Assembly (NCBI GenBank): GCA_002269645.1 | Contig: NIVC01000420.1 | Coordinates: 248,001-312,000, forward strand | Length of the DNA: 64,000 nucleotides | Direction of reading: 5' to 3' | From: Macrostomum lignano | Lineage: Eukaryota | Shown: piece by piece, positions 51,301-63,149 of the stretch | How the letters are laid out: every line of letters starts with the position of its first letter | Numbering within the stretch: position 1 is the first letter of the stretch | Notes under the pieces: generated by a model | Databases searched by the model: none | What the model saw: only the letters and a program-made list of their open reading frames with translations | Told to the model about the DNA's origin: nothing | Position numbers and translations under genes: made by a program

Positions 51301-53698
51301 TCTTCGGCATGAGCTGGCTCTTCATGCGAAACTTCAGTAACCTCTTCGGCGTGAGCTGGCTCTTCATGCGAAACTTCAGTAACCTTCTCTTCGGCATGAG
51401 CAGGCTCTTCATGCAACACTTCAGTAACCTTCTCTTTGGCGTGAGCTGACTCTTCATGCGAAACTTCAGTAACCTCTTCGGCGTGAGCTGGCTCTTCATG
51501 CGAAACTTCAGTAACCTTCTCTTCTGCATGAGCAGGCTCTTCATGCAAAACTTCAGTAACCTTCTTTTCAGCGTGAGCAGGCTCTTCATGCACTTCAGGA
51601 ATCTTTTCTTCGGCATGAGCTGGCTCTTCATGCACTTCAGTAACCTTCTCTTCGGCGTGAGCTGGCTCTTCATGCGAAACTTCAGTAACCTTCTCTTCGG
51701 CGTGAGCTGGCTCTTCATGCGAAACTTCAGTAACCTTCTCTTCGGCGTGAGCTGCCTCTTCGTGCGAAACTTCAGTAACCTTCTCTTCGGCGTGAGCTGG
51801 CTCTTCATGCGAAACTTCAGTAACCTTCTCTTCGGCATGAGGTGGCTCTTTATGCACTTCAGGAGTTTTCTGTTCGGTGTGAGCTGGCTCTTCATGCGAA
51901 ACTTCAGTAACCTTCTCTTCGGCGTGAGCTGGCTCTTCATGCAAAACTTCAGTAACCTTCTCTTCGGCGTGAGCTGGCTCTTCATGCACTTCAGTAACCT
52001 TCTCTTCGGCATGAGCTGGCTCTTCATGCGAAACTTCAGTAACCTTCTCTTCGGCGTGAGCTGGCTCTTTATGCACTTCAAGAGTTTTCTGTTCGGCATG
52101 AGCTGGCTCTTCATGCACTTCAGTAACCTTCTCTTCGGCGTGAGCTGGCTCTTCATGCACTTCAAGAGTTTTCTCTTCGGCATGAGCTGGCTCTTCATGC
52201 ACTTCAGTAACCTTCTCTTCGGCGTAAGCTGGCTCTTCATGCACTTCAGGAACCTTCTCTTCGGCGTGAGCTGGCTCTTCGTGCAACACTTCAGAAACCT
52301 TCTCTTCGGTGTGAGCTGGCTCTTCATGCACTTCAGGAGTTTTCTCTTCGGCATGAGCAGGCTCTTCATGCACTTCAGGAACCTTCTCTTTGGCGTGAGC
52401 TGGCTCTTCATGCAACACTTCAGAAACCTTCTCTTCGGCGTGAGCTGGCTCTTCGTGCACGCCAGGAACCAGTTTAGGAAGATCTGGCTCTACGTGCATT
52501 TCTAGAGTCTTCTCTTTAGCTGACTCCTCGTGAAGTTCAGGAGCCTTGTCAGCTTGTAGTGCTTCGTCCTGAAGCTTCTCATTATTTTCTTCTGCATAAT
52601 CTGGATGAGTTTGGCTAAGCTCTGTGCTTCTCTTTCTTAGCTGAACTGCAAGAACATTTATTTCCTCTTCCCTTTCGATGTGACCGTGCATTGGCTCAGA
52701 TACAGAATCACTTTGGACCGTCGCTTTCTCGTGTTGAATCCTCTCATCAAGAACCGTCTTCTGATCCAGCCGATCTTGTTCAGTCGGAACAGTCGGTTCG
52801 GATGCTTTTTCCTTTTCATGAGTAGTCTGCTCATCTTGAGCAGGAGTCTGCACCTCCTTCGTCTTAGCCTTCAGCTCTATCGACTCCTCCTCGGTGATTT
52901 GCGTCATGCGCTCAGCCAGAGGCGATGCTGCCACTGCACCTGCAGCAGCGCTGTTGCCACCAGCTCCCGGAAACTTCTTGTAGGCGTCAACGGGACTCTG
53001 CACCGGGCTGTCCAGCTTCTCCTCGATGCGAGAGTACGCGTACTCAGCGGAGACTAGTCGGGAAAATGCCGCGGCGCCAGCTTGTTGGGCACTCGTCAAA
53101 TCGTCTTTAGCCGGGCTGACCAGCTCTTCTGGTCGAATTCCGCCCTCATGGAACAGGCCGCGCCCGATCGGCAGCTCCTCGGGCCTGAAGAAGGCGGGCT
53201 TTCCAGCAGATGGCGTTTCCTCATCGTCTTCCTCCTCGCCCTCCGTGGCCGAAGCCGACGTGTAGGATGCCGATGAGGCGCTTTCCAAAAAGACGTCCTC
53301 CGAAGCGTCTGCAACCTCTGCATCGGCTGCCTGTTGGAAACTGATGATTGCGGACGGCGTCTCCTCTACTGGCGTCGGCGCCTCGGAGCCGGTATCAGCG
53401 CCAGATATGGAGCGCGTTAGCTCGGAGATCGATTTCTCCTCCACCTGGGGCGTCGCATCAGGCGCGTTTAGCGCGTCATCGATGCTGACATGCCGCATCT
53501 CGCTGCGAAGGCTCTCTTCGAACTCCATGCTGCGCAGCATAAGCGAGTTCAACGAATGCCGCCGCGTAGCATCGCCTGGTGATTCTGCAGGCGCCGGCAC
53601 GACGTCGGCTGCCCTGTCGGAAGCTTCCTCGATCGCGGACGCTACGGGAAGTTGCGTCGGTGGTTGAGCCTGTCGTCTCTGGGCGTCTCGTTGTGTCT
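42314..53698 (-). CDS. Giant exon of ankyrin (~11.4 kb, ~3795 codons), acidic and predicted disordered
   Basis: Acceptor AATCTACAG|AG at 53698 (phase 1, matching the upstream exon); uninterrupted frame of more than 3770 codons; donor GCTG|GTGCGG at 42314 (an alternative GA|GTCAGC at 42328 cannot be excluded). Confidence 0.9.
45600..46090 (-). repeat. Coding repeat: 22-aa KPTHMAPEEAEKPAYKDPEEVE x~5, plus two 19-aa variants
   Basis: 66-bp units visible in the DNA and in the giant-exon translation. Confidence 0.9.
46900..52480 (-). repeat. Coding repeat: 15/16-aa EEPAHAEEKVTEV(S/L)H x~120
   Basis: 45/48-bp units; all length variants are multiples of 3. Confidence 0.97.
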
Positions 53699-53934
53699 CT
53701 GTAGATTTCGACGGCGGAGAGTAGGGCAGGGTCGGGTTTAGTGGGAAGCGGAGGGGTTAGTGTGTTAAGAGCGGCACAGCAAAAACTTGTTCGTGTTAGC
53801 ATGCAAGTTTCAACCCATAAAAACTATACTATAAGTAGCGCCCACCCCTCTCCATTCTGTGCATGCAGATCAGGCAAGAGGTTCGGCAACTGGAGAACAC
53901 ACGGCAAGACCAGAGCTGCAAGCTTTGCGGGTAC

Positions 53935-54279
53935 CGCTGTCAGTTGCCCTCGGCCTGGAGAGCTCATCTGGAGTAGAGGAAGACGTTACAGTCGCCGTGC
54001 CCGATGCCGACGCCGATGCCGCCTCCATGAGGGCCTCCCGCCAGGCCTCATCGGATGAAGACGGATCGTCGGCACCCAACAGGGTGTCCTCGCTGGCCCC
54101 GGTTGTGATGTCGGTGAAGTCGGCTGAAACAGCCGACGAGGCCGTGGTGGATCGGTCAGCGGAGCTATCCGTCCGCTCGCGTCGTCGGCGGAGTCGCGGA
54201 CGTTGCGAGTCCGGCGTGGCCCAGGTGCCGGAGTCCTCGCGGGCCTCCGAGGCAGCGGACCTCTGGGACCGACTGTCTG
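53935..54279 (-). CDS. Ankyrin exon immediately upstream of the giant exon
   Basis: Acceptor CTCAAG|CA or CAAGCAG|AC (phase 1), open frame DSRSQRSAASEARED...RPRATDS, donor AGCG|GTACCC (phase 1). Confidence 0.7.
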
Positions 54280-54660
54280 CTTGAGCAGCAGTGATTTGCT
54301 AGCAAGCTTCAGTCTCAGCCTAAGTGTGTAACTAGCGACTTACCGTACTGAACCATTAGAAAATTAATCTTGCCAAAATAGGACATATCAGTTAATGCAC
54401 AAATAAGATATCTGGAATGCATACTCAATTAGCTAAGATGCATGGAGCTTCTGAATGGTTCAAGATTATTTGGTAGGTAATAAATGTACTAAAAATGGAT
54501 GGATAATTTTCCTGACCAAGACCTTCCAAAGTACGGACTGCTCAAGGATCATCAAGGATGGAAGCGAACGCAGATTTTGCATGACGCCGCTGTCCCAAAC
54601 CACGCTGATCAAGTTTGATTTTCTATACAAAAAAATTTAGCAGGGTCTGCGTGTCCTTAC

Positions 54661-55875
54661 TGTCTTCCGCATCTGCAGCATCATCTGGCTCTTCTGCGGC
54701 AGCTGGAATAAAATCGATAAAAATCAGTGAAAATATGTTTCTCACGGATGTGTCAATGCACAATATCGAAGCAGAAAGTGGAAATCTCTCACCTTCATCA
54801 GCAACGCTGGAGGATCTGCGCTGTTCTGCGTGTGCAATCCCAACAATTTTCGGTACCTCGACAACTGGAATGGAACACAGCATTCGATTTACGAGGCATG
54901 CTTTCGATGTTCTCTATATTCTCTCTTTGTTTAACTGAACTAGGGACTAATGAACCAATCGCGCGTTCTTTCACCTTCCTCCGGTGTTCCCGCCTCAGGG
55001 GCCATGGACTGGTCCTGATGAACGTCCAACTTGTGTAGAGTCTCTTCAACTGAAATGTTTCAATATTCCATTGACAAGTAAATACGAATGTACTAATGGT
55101 AAAAAACCATGACGAACAGGGAATAAAGTACATTAGCGTTCAGTCAACGGTTTTAAGGGATATTAAATTTTCTTCAGAAACAGCCACCCGTAATTTATTT
55201 CTACTTATTCAAGCGTAAAATTCAATTTAATTTCATTTATCAAGTCCATTTGAAGCGTGACTATAATGATGCATTGCAAAAAATGATGAAGCTATACTGG
55301 CTTGTTGAAAATTACCATCAGCTGTGGCCTTTGGCAGTGCTTGCGCCTGCGTAACCGTCTTTGGCACCTCGACCACTGCAAATTTTTATTTGACAGTTTG
55401 CGCTTAGTTAGAAAAAATTGGTTGGATCGTAATCTTTCGACTATAAATACTAGTTTTGTTGTATTAATATCAATTACCTTCTTCCGGTGTTACAGCTTCC
55501 GGCGCCATGGACTGGTCCTGAATTGCATCCCGCTTCTCCAATTTCTCTTCAATAGGAACTGAAAAATTATATCGTTATTAACAGTATAATACTACTAACC
55601 CAATATAAGTAGTCTAACATGTAAAATTGCTAAAAAAATTCACGAACCCCCAGCAGCTGTCTCTGGAGGCGTGTGCACCTGGGCTTGCACTTGGCTGATA
55701 GACTTTGGTACATCAACAACTTCTTCTGGCGTTCCAGCCTCCGGCGCCATCGACTGATCGGGACGAGCGTCCAGCCTGGCCAGCAGCTCCTCCACCGCGT
55801 TGAGTCCCTCCTTTGCTCGCTTCTCCGGCGAGCCGGGTGCTTTGCTCGGCTCCACTACAGCCTCATCTACAGACT
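54661..55875 (-). CDS. Ankyrin cassette of six short symmetric exons: 55875-55648, 55558-55478, 55375-55316, 55049-54975, 54864-54793, 54702-54661
   Basis: Each has an AG acceptor and GT donor, phase 1-1; lengths 228, 81, 60, 75, 72 and 42 nt. Repeated peptides DQSMAPEA(G/V)TPEE and VV(E/D)VPK. Confidence 0.78.
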
Positions 55876-56131
55876 CTGGAGTTGAGGTGTTGGGGATGAT
55901 GCGTCAAGTCCGCTAGTTATCACTGGGAACTATTTTGATTGTCATATACAGCCATCCTAGTTGACGTAATCTCTATAAAGCAAAACGGTACAGCAATCCG
56001 ACGTCGATGACAGATATGTACTCTTACACTATCTGTCAATGCAATGTAGAAGCACATATTTTTCATCGTCCCCAGGTTACTGCACGAGAAACTAAAAACG
56101 ATTCGCATCTACCATCCCCCAAAGCACTAAC

Positions 56132-58631
56132 CTTTGTCTTCAAACTCTGAGGTCGTAGCCAACGGCTTCGGCTCAGGTGTCTGTTCCTCCAACGTGCGAA
56201 CCAACTCCAGATAGGCCTCTGTCTTGGCGCGCCGTGCGGCTGCCTCCTCGTCGGCGGTGTACGATCGAGCTACGCCGTGCGTCGGATCCACGGCCGCAAC
56301 CAGTTCGGGCTCATCTGCGGACTCCGCTGGCGCAGCAACATCCGATGCTGCCCGCGGCGCCGGCCTTGCAGCCTTTGAAATCGGAGGTCCGCTGTAGTCC
56401 GGCAGGGCCAATTCCAGAGTGCAGATTGCCGCAGTCGTCGCGGAGGTCGTCTGCGGCTCGGCCAGGAAGGCGACGCGTCCAGCGGCCGGCTGGTCGGCGT
56501 CGCGGGGTCGAGCGCCGCAGGTGAGGCGGTTTTCTCGGAAAGCACGGACGGTGAAGAACGGCGGCTGCTGTAGCTGGTGCTGCTGCTGGTGATCGAACAG
56601 ACCGCGAGGCTCGGCCGCCACATGGAAGGCGGTCAGATTGTCTAAACCTTCTATCCACAACGGCCGACCGTCGAGGATTTCAACTTCGCGCGATTCCGCC
56701 TTCCGCTCGAAGCCCTGCGCCGTCTCCAGAGTTTTGTCCGCCTGTTGATTGTTGCGAGTCGCGGCCGTGCATCGATTTTGGTTTGCACTTGAAAGCTAAG
56801 CACATTTGGCTAGGTTAGATACTAGATAGAAAGGATATCCTTCAACGATTACATGTAGAATTATGTCAGGGCCGCTGTACACCCCTTGGCTCCGTAGCTA
56901 AATCTCCTTCACAAATTCTTTTTCAAGAAAACGAAACTACTAATTTTCACCTTAGTATCAATTGCTAAATCATGTTTGAATCCCTTAGGTTTTATCCCTT
57001 CTAATAATCTCTCCCCTTACCCGGTCATCCGTGATGCAGAGGCAGCGAAGTCGAGCCTCATCCGGGTGAGTCCTCTTGGCGTAGACCACAAAGCGGCCCA
57101 TGTAGGGCACGGCAGCGGCCTCCCTGTACAGCTTGCCGGCCATCTCGGCGGCTTCGGCCGGGTTCTGACAGTCGACTAGCCAAAATCTGGCGCTCACCGT
57201 TGTAGTGAAAGACACGCTGTCCTTGACGTGGGACAGCGCTGTAGAACCGGTGATGTCTTCCCAGGTGGCCGGCTGAGCGCCACCAGTGATGCTGCATAGC
57301 AGGCGAAGCGTCTGCGACGCGCCCAACCCTGACGCCGACGCGGCCGACGGCAGCGGCAGGGTGAGAGTGATCGGCTTGTGAAATTTACGCCGACGCGGCT
57401 CGATGGTCACCACCGGGGAGGCGGCGATTCGACGCTGGCCAGCGCCGCCGAACAGGCGGGCAGCCGCCTCCGACGGGATCGGGAATACCTGTAAACGGTT
57501 TTGAATATCCGTTGTACTTTTAGGGACTCTTCTTTGTACTATTAAGGACTCTCTGTTGTACTTTTAAGGACTCTGTTGTACTTTAAGGGACTCTCTGTTG
57601 TACTTTTAAGGACTTTCTTTTGTACTTTAGAGACTCCCTGTTGTACTATTAGGGACTCTCTATTGTACTTTTAATGACCTCACTCTTGTACTTTTAGGGA
57701 CTCTCTGTTGTACTTTTAGTGACTCTCTAAAGCACACACGACAAGCCAGAAGCACTCATTTAAAGACTAAGTATAGGTCAAGTCAGTGCAAGCGCACTCT
57801 GGAAAAGGATTAAAAACGCAAGTTGACAGACTCCATGGTCCAAAAAAGCTTGACAGAAAAGTGGCACCAATTCAGACGCCAGTTCAAACCTGAACTCCAA
57901 CTCGAATCTTCTTGGTCAAGGCGCCGTCCGGGAACACAGACTGGACGCGTCCGTTGGCCAGGCTGGCGCCAATAACGCCGCCCTCCGGACCGATCAGGGC
58001 CGCCTCCTGTCGGAGCCGCGTCACCAAGGCGAAGTACTGCGGCAGGCTGGCAGTCAGGATGCGTACGATGCGCCTCTGGCGCAGCTCTTCGTTGCTCTCC
58101 AACGGGCTGCCAAAGAAGCCGCCAATGACGTCTAGCACAGCCTGCTCGGAGGCCTCAAGAGCGTGCTCTTTCCAGGTTTCACCTGTGTCCGATCTGACAG
58201 GTACGGGATGTGATGTCTGCACTGTTATGTCTATGGCCTAACTTTGACAGAGCGAGAGCGAGCACAGTACCCGCAAAGCAGCCGACTATTTAAAATTCAT
58301 CTTTCTTACTTGAATTTCGTTGGAGATTCGCTCTCACCTGTAGACCACAATCTCCCTCTCAGAGTTCCTCAGCGCGGCCATGTGCGGCACCTCGAGCAGC
58401 ACGGGACTGGCGAAGCTCCGGCAGCTGCAGCCGAACTCCAGGATCCGGCAGGCGAGGCCTTCGCCGTCGTTCAGCTGCGGCGGCCGGCTCACCCGGCCGG
58501 GGCGGAGCAGGCGGCACGTGACTCGGGTTGGCCCGGTGGCCGCGTTCGGCGGCACCACGATGCGCAGGCCCGGACAGCGGGCGCCGGTCATGGCGCCGCC
58601 TCGGGCGTCAACCAGGAATGAGACCAGGAAC
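56132..58631 (-). CDS. ank: Ankyrin spectrin-binding supramodule ZU5-ZU5-UPA: exons 58631-58338, 58193-57890, 57488-57021, 56741-56132
   Basis: GFLVSFLVDARGG, PVLLEVPHMAALR..EREIVVYRSDTGETWKEH, LPQYFALVTRLRQE..IGPEGG, VFPDGALTKKIRVGVQ, SPVVTIEPRRRKFHKPITLTLP, LRLLCSITGG..PATWEDITGST, FTTTVSARFWLVDC, PYMGRFVV, ARLRCLCITDD..DKTLE; all splice phases are consistent. Confidence 0.97.
57515..57725. repeat. ~22-bp intronic repeat TTGTACTTTTAGGGACTCTCTG
   Basis: About 9 copies in an ankyrin intron. Confidence 0.85.
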
Positions 58632-60224
58632 CTGGAGGCGTTGGGGACGCCATGGTACATTGGAATTGGATTTGACACAATTGGACAATAGGACACAAGC
58701 CTCGAGGTTTATATTCATCAACGTTCATTGTCATTCAGTTTGGACGTGTTTTCAATAAACATTAGTTAGACAAAGCTTTTGGCACTGCTGACACCTGACC
58801 CTGAGCACGCACACTTCTCATGTACATTGAGACATGTTGATTTATATACCGGTAGTAAAATTGCTCAGATGAGTCCGAAAAATGTTGTCATAAAGGAAAT
58901 GAGTGATGGGAGAGGATGGCCTGTGCCTATGGCCCACTGACGAAGGCGAACAACCAGAAATGTTTCGTGGTTTTACCGCAAATATTGATCCATAACAAAT
59001 GCGAAAACTACGAGCACTAAGGACCAGCAAGTGACCACTTGGCATTAGGAAATGGGATGACGAGGCAAGAGAGTGATGAAGGCAGTGCTCATCAGCTTCG
59101 GCTGCTGTGAAGTGGCAGTTAAGAGAACTCATTGTCAACCCAACCCCACAAAAAGTTTCCTGGCCGCCGGCTATGCACGCTCGTAGGCTACGCCTGAAGA
59201 TTTTAACTTTCTGCCTGTCAATCAGCAATATTGTGAGATAAATATTTGGTAGCAATGTCCATTTAAAGTACAAATAATTAGTGATATATACTATGTCAGA
59301 TCGTAGTTTGAAAAAATATCTTACAATTTCCCAGTCGCAGAGGCTTCGCCATCGGTCGGTGGCTGGCACTTCACTGCAGTGACTGTCATCCCGAGCAGTT
59401 TCCTAGAAATACAAGGCCACCCTCCCGGCCACGGTTTCTCGGGTTCTGTCAAGTAATACTTGTGATTCTAGAGCGTAGTTACTGGGTCCCGTTCGATTCG
59501 ATCAAAGATCTGATTGACATTGTCCCAAAAAGGTCTCTGGTTGAAATACGTCTTGTGCAGTCCGTTCCTCTCCTCCCCAACTCAATCGCTACTCTTCCCC
59601 AATCTATGGGAGAGCGGCATTGGCTGAGAAGCGAGGAATTCAGGCGAGGGGGGGGGAGTTATGAGCGCATCCCAGCTTTTCCCGTCCCTGCCTACTGTAA
59701 CTCTAAAGAAGTATTTTGGTCTGCAGCGGACGTGGATCGGCTCGTGCGTACACTCGAGATTCAGGACACGCGGCCTTAAAGCAGAGGACAGTCCCGTATT
59801 CTCCTGCACTTGGCGCAGAAATCCAGGCCGGAGTATGAGGGAGGAGACGGGTTGTTGCCATGCGCTGTTCAACCTTCCCTTGTTTCGCCTCTGTATATGC
59901 TATTGCGTGCGACACATTACATTGACTCGTCTAGACTCATCTCTCAATTGAGGCCTTCTGTTTGTTCTCCAGCCTCCTCTCTTCCTCATCATGGCATTAT
60001 ACGTACGATAAAGTTTCTAAAATTAGAATACTATATATTCCTATATACGTCTACGGGTACTAGCAAGTGCTCAAGTTTGATTGACACGTTAACTGCTTGG
60101 TTTGTACTTTAAAGTTGTGTCTGGCCGCCTCTTAGTCAGTAAGAATTGAGTGTAGTTGAAACATAGAAAAATTTAACATGGAGGCAACTTCATTTCCTGG
60201 AAAATAACGGAAACAGGAGGGGGA

Positions 60225-60490
60225 GAGAAGGGAGAGGGTGAGAAGGGAGAGGGTAAGAAGGGAGAGGGTGAGAAGGGAGAGGGTGAGAAGGGAGAGGGTG
60301 AGAAGGGAGAGGTGAGAAGGGAGAGGGTGAGAAGGGAGAGGGTGAGAAGGGAGAGGGTGAGAAGGGAGAGGGTGAGAAGGGAGAGAGTGAGAAGGGAGAC
60401 GGTGAGAAGGGAGAGGGTGAGAAGGGAGAGGGTGAGAAGGGAGAGGGTGAGAAGGAAGAGGGCGAGAGTGAGAGAGGAGAGAGATAGGAA
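60225..60490. repeat. 15-bp purine-rich repeat GAGAAGGGAGAGGGT
   Basis: About 15 copies. Confidence 0.9.
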
Positions 60491-60959
60491 GAGATAGGAG
60501 AGGCAGGGTGAACCAGGGACAGGAAGGCAAGGAAGATCTCTCTGACTCAGCCAGCAGACCCGCATGCATTTTATTCTCAAACATTAGACTGCCTTCTCGC
60601 TGGGTCCGCAGTCAGACCACACTTTCGCCTTCTCTCTAAGTCTGTCTGACTACTCTGGATTTGCATTTTTTGTTATGAGTCACGCGTGCTGAGAAAAATC
60701 ATTCGCCAGAGGCCAACTTAAAACTAAATTGAGTCATTTGGCTTTTCCTGTTCCACACTTTTAATTTGCTGAAACTGCTCTTGGCGAAGTTAAAAAATGG
60801 GAGTAGCTCTCAGAAAATTCCAGCTTTGCACGCATTCCAAACGAGCTCAATAAAACAAATTCTCCAGTTTGGAATATGAATCATATTTTATCTATTTTAA
60901 ATTAAGTTTGAGTTAGGGCTAGGGTTCCGCGGTCACTTCTTGTCAGTCAGGTTGTTGGC

Positions 60960-61985
60960 CTGTCTCAATCACACTCCCTGTTTCAATCTCATTTCCTATC
61001 TCAATCTCACTCCCTGTTTCAATCTCACTCGCTATCTCAATCTCACTCCCTATCTCAATCTCAAACTCATTCCCTGTCTCAATCTCAATCTCTATATCAA
61101 TCTCACTCCCTATCTCAATCTCACTCCCTATCTCAATCTCACTCCCTATCTCAATCTCACTCCCTGTTTCAATCTCACTCGCTATCTCAATCTCACTCCC
61201 TATCTCAATCTCACTCGCTATCTCAATCTCACTCCCTATCTCAATCTCACTCCCTATCTCAATCTCACTCCCTGTTTCAATCTCACTCGCTATCTCAATC
61301 TCACTCCCTATCTCAATCTCAAACTCATTCCCTGTCTCAATCTCAATCTCTATATCAATCTCACTCCCTATCTCAATCTCACTCGCTATCTCAATCTCAA
61401 TCTCCATCTCACTCCCTGTTTCAATCTCACTGCCTGTTTCCATCTCATTTCCTATCTCAATCTCACTCCCTGTTTCAATCTCACTCGCTATCTCAATCTC
61501 ACTCGCTATCTCAATCTCAATCTCCATCTCATTCCCTGTCTCAATCTCAATCTCAATCTCAATCTCACTCCCTATCTCAATCTCACTCCCTATCTCAATC
61601 TCACTCCCTATCTCAATCTCACTCCCTATCTCAATCTCACTCCCTATCTCAAGCTCACTCATTATCTCAATCTCACGTCCTATCTAATCTCACTCCCTGT
61701 TTCCATCTCATTTCCTATCTCAATCTCACTCGCTATCTCAATCTCAATCTCCATCTCATTCCCTGTCTCAATCTCACTCCCTGTCTCAATCTCACTCCCT
61801 ATCTCAATCTCACTCCCTATCTCAATCTCACTCCCTATCTCAATCTCACTCCCTATCTCAATCTCACTCCCTATCTCAATCTCACTCCCTATCTCAAGCT
61901 CACTCATTATCTCAATCTCACGTCCTATCTAATCTCACTCCCTGTTTCCATCTCATTTCCTATCTAATCTCACTCTCTATCTCAA
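60960..61985. repeat. 18-bp repeat CTCACTCCCTATCTCAAT built on a 6-bp TCTCAA-like core
   Basis: About 55 units; 60960-61330 is partly duplicated downstream. Confidence 0.93.
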
Positions 61986-62529
61986 TCATTTCTCATAGCT
62001 TCTATTCAGCAGGCATCCATCTCCGCAGAGTCCAATTTAAAAAAAGGACAGCTGCAGCCTTTGCAGATTTCTACTAGGAGAGAGAAATTCTAGTGAAGTC
62101 ACTGTGCATGCTGTGTATATCCACGGTTTGGAAGGCCTAAGCTCGAGCTCGCCTGGGAGGCTGGCAGACTCGGATGAAGGAAGAAAACGAAACGAGACGC
62201 AATTTCCCTTCGTCAATCGAATAAACTCTGAGGACCGCCTGCTGCCTGGGCGGGCATGAGCGACCGTTGTCCCCCGAGGGCAGTGGGAACGGAACTACTT
62301 TATCCAGTTTTCTTAGAAACCGCGGAGCAGTGTTGATGCGGCAAGAGCAGTTGGAGTTCCTCAAAGGCTCAAAAAGGGAGATGTGGAGCTTGGGAAAAAT
62401 GGAGGGCTCCGCTCGCTTTGAAGTTCGGCGGCTTTTGGGGATGCAGATTCACGCGAGGTGTACAAGAAAGTTCTGTATGTTGAACTGGACACAGCGGTTG
62501 AGGTCTGTGAATTTTCTGTGTTTGTAGAT

Positions 62530-62905
62530 GTAGCAGATTCTCAGGCACTGAGGGAGAGGCAGATTCTCAGGCACTGAGGGAGAGGCAGATTCTCAGGCAC
62601 TGAGGGAGAGGCAGATTCTCAGGCACTGAGGGAGAGGCAGATTCTCAGGCACTGAGGGAGAGGCAGATTCTCAGGCACTGAGGGAGAGGCAGATTCTCAG
62701 GCACTGAGGGAGAGGCAGATTCTCAAGCACTGAGGGAGAGGCAGATTCTCAGGCACTGAGGGAGAGGCAGATTCTCAAGCACCGATGGAGCGGAGAGGCA
62801 GATTCTCAGGCACCGATGGAGCGGAGAGGCAGATTCTCAGGCACCGATGGAGCGGAGAGGCAGATTCTCAGGCACCGATGGAGCGGAGAGGCAGATCTCC
62901 AAGCA
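62530..62905 (-). repeat. Inverted copy of the 15046-15738 minisatellite family
   Basis: GCAGATTCTCAGGCACTGAGGGAGAG is the reverse complement of CTCTCCCTCAGTGCCTGAGAATCTGC. Confidence 0.95.
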
Positions 62906-62960
62906 CCGAGGAAGTGTGAAAATTCGCTTCAAATGTACACCCGAAGGCAGCGCAACTCAC

Positions 62961-63130
62961 CCGGACACAACGGGCAGCCGCTCCGTCGGTGTGTTGTCCT
63001 TCCCGGCGGTTACAGCGGCTGCGGCGGCGGCCTTCGAGCTGCCCGTCAGAGTCAGCGGACTCAGCTGCTCAGGCTCCTTGTACTGGCTGGCATAGGAGCT
63101 GGGCTCCACCATGTCCAGGACGGCCGCGTC
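62961..63130 (-). CDS. ank: Ankyrin exon encoding the linker before ZU5
   Basis: Acceptor CCCACAG|GAC, DAAVLDMVEPSSY...ERLPVVSG, donor GG|GTGAGT (phase 2). Joining to 58631 gives PVVSG-FLVSFLVDARGG, the canonical ankyrin junction. Confidence 0.88.
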
Positions 63131-63149
63131 CTGTGGGTTGGGAATCGGC

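Noticed and set aside
46860-52505. 1427-aa and 349-aa + strand ORFs and 1274/522-aa alternative-frame - strand ORFs
   Set aside because: Antisense or frame shadows of the ankyrin coding repeat.
59330-59960. GC-rich intronic island with a 105-aa ORF
   Set aside because: Probably a TE fragment, but no RT, integrase or transposase motif was recognised.
60940-61932. 330-aa and 239-aa ORFs (NLTPYL, EIEIGS)
   Set aside because: Intronic 18-bp repeat; no splice or phase link to the ankyrin model was found.
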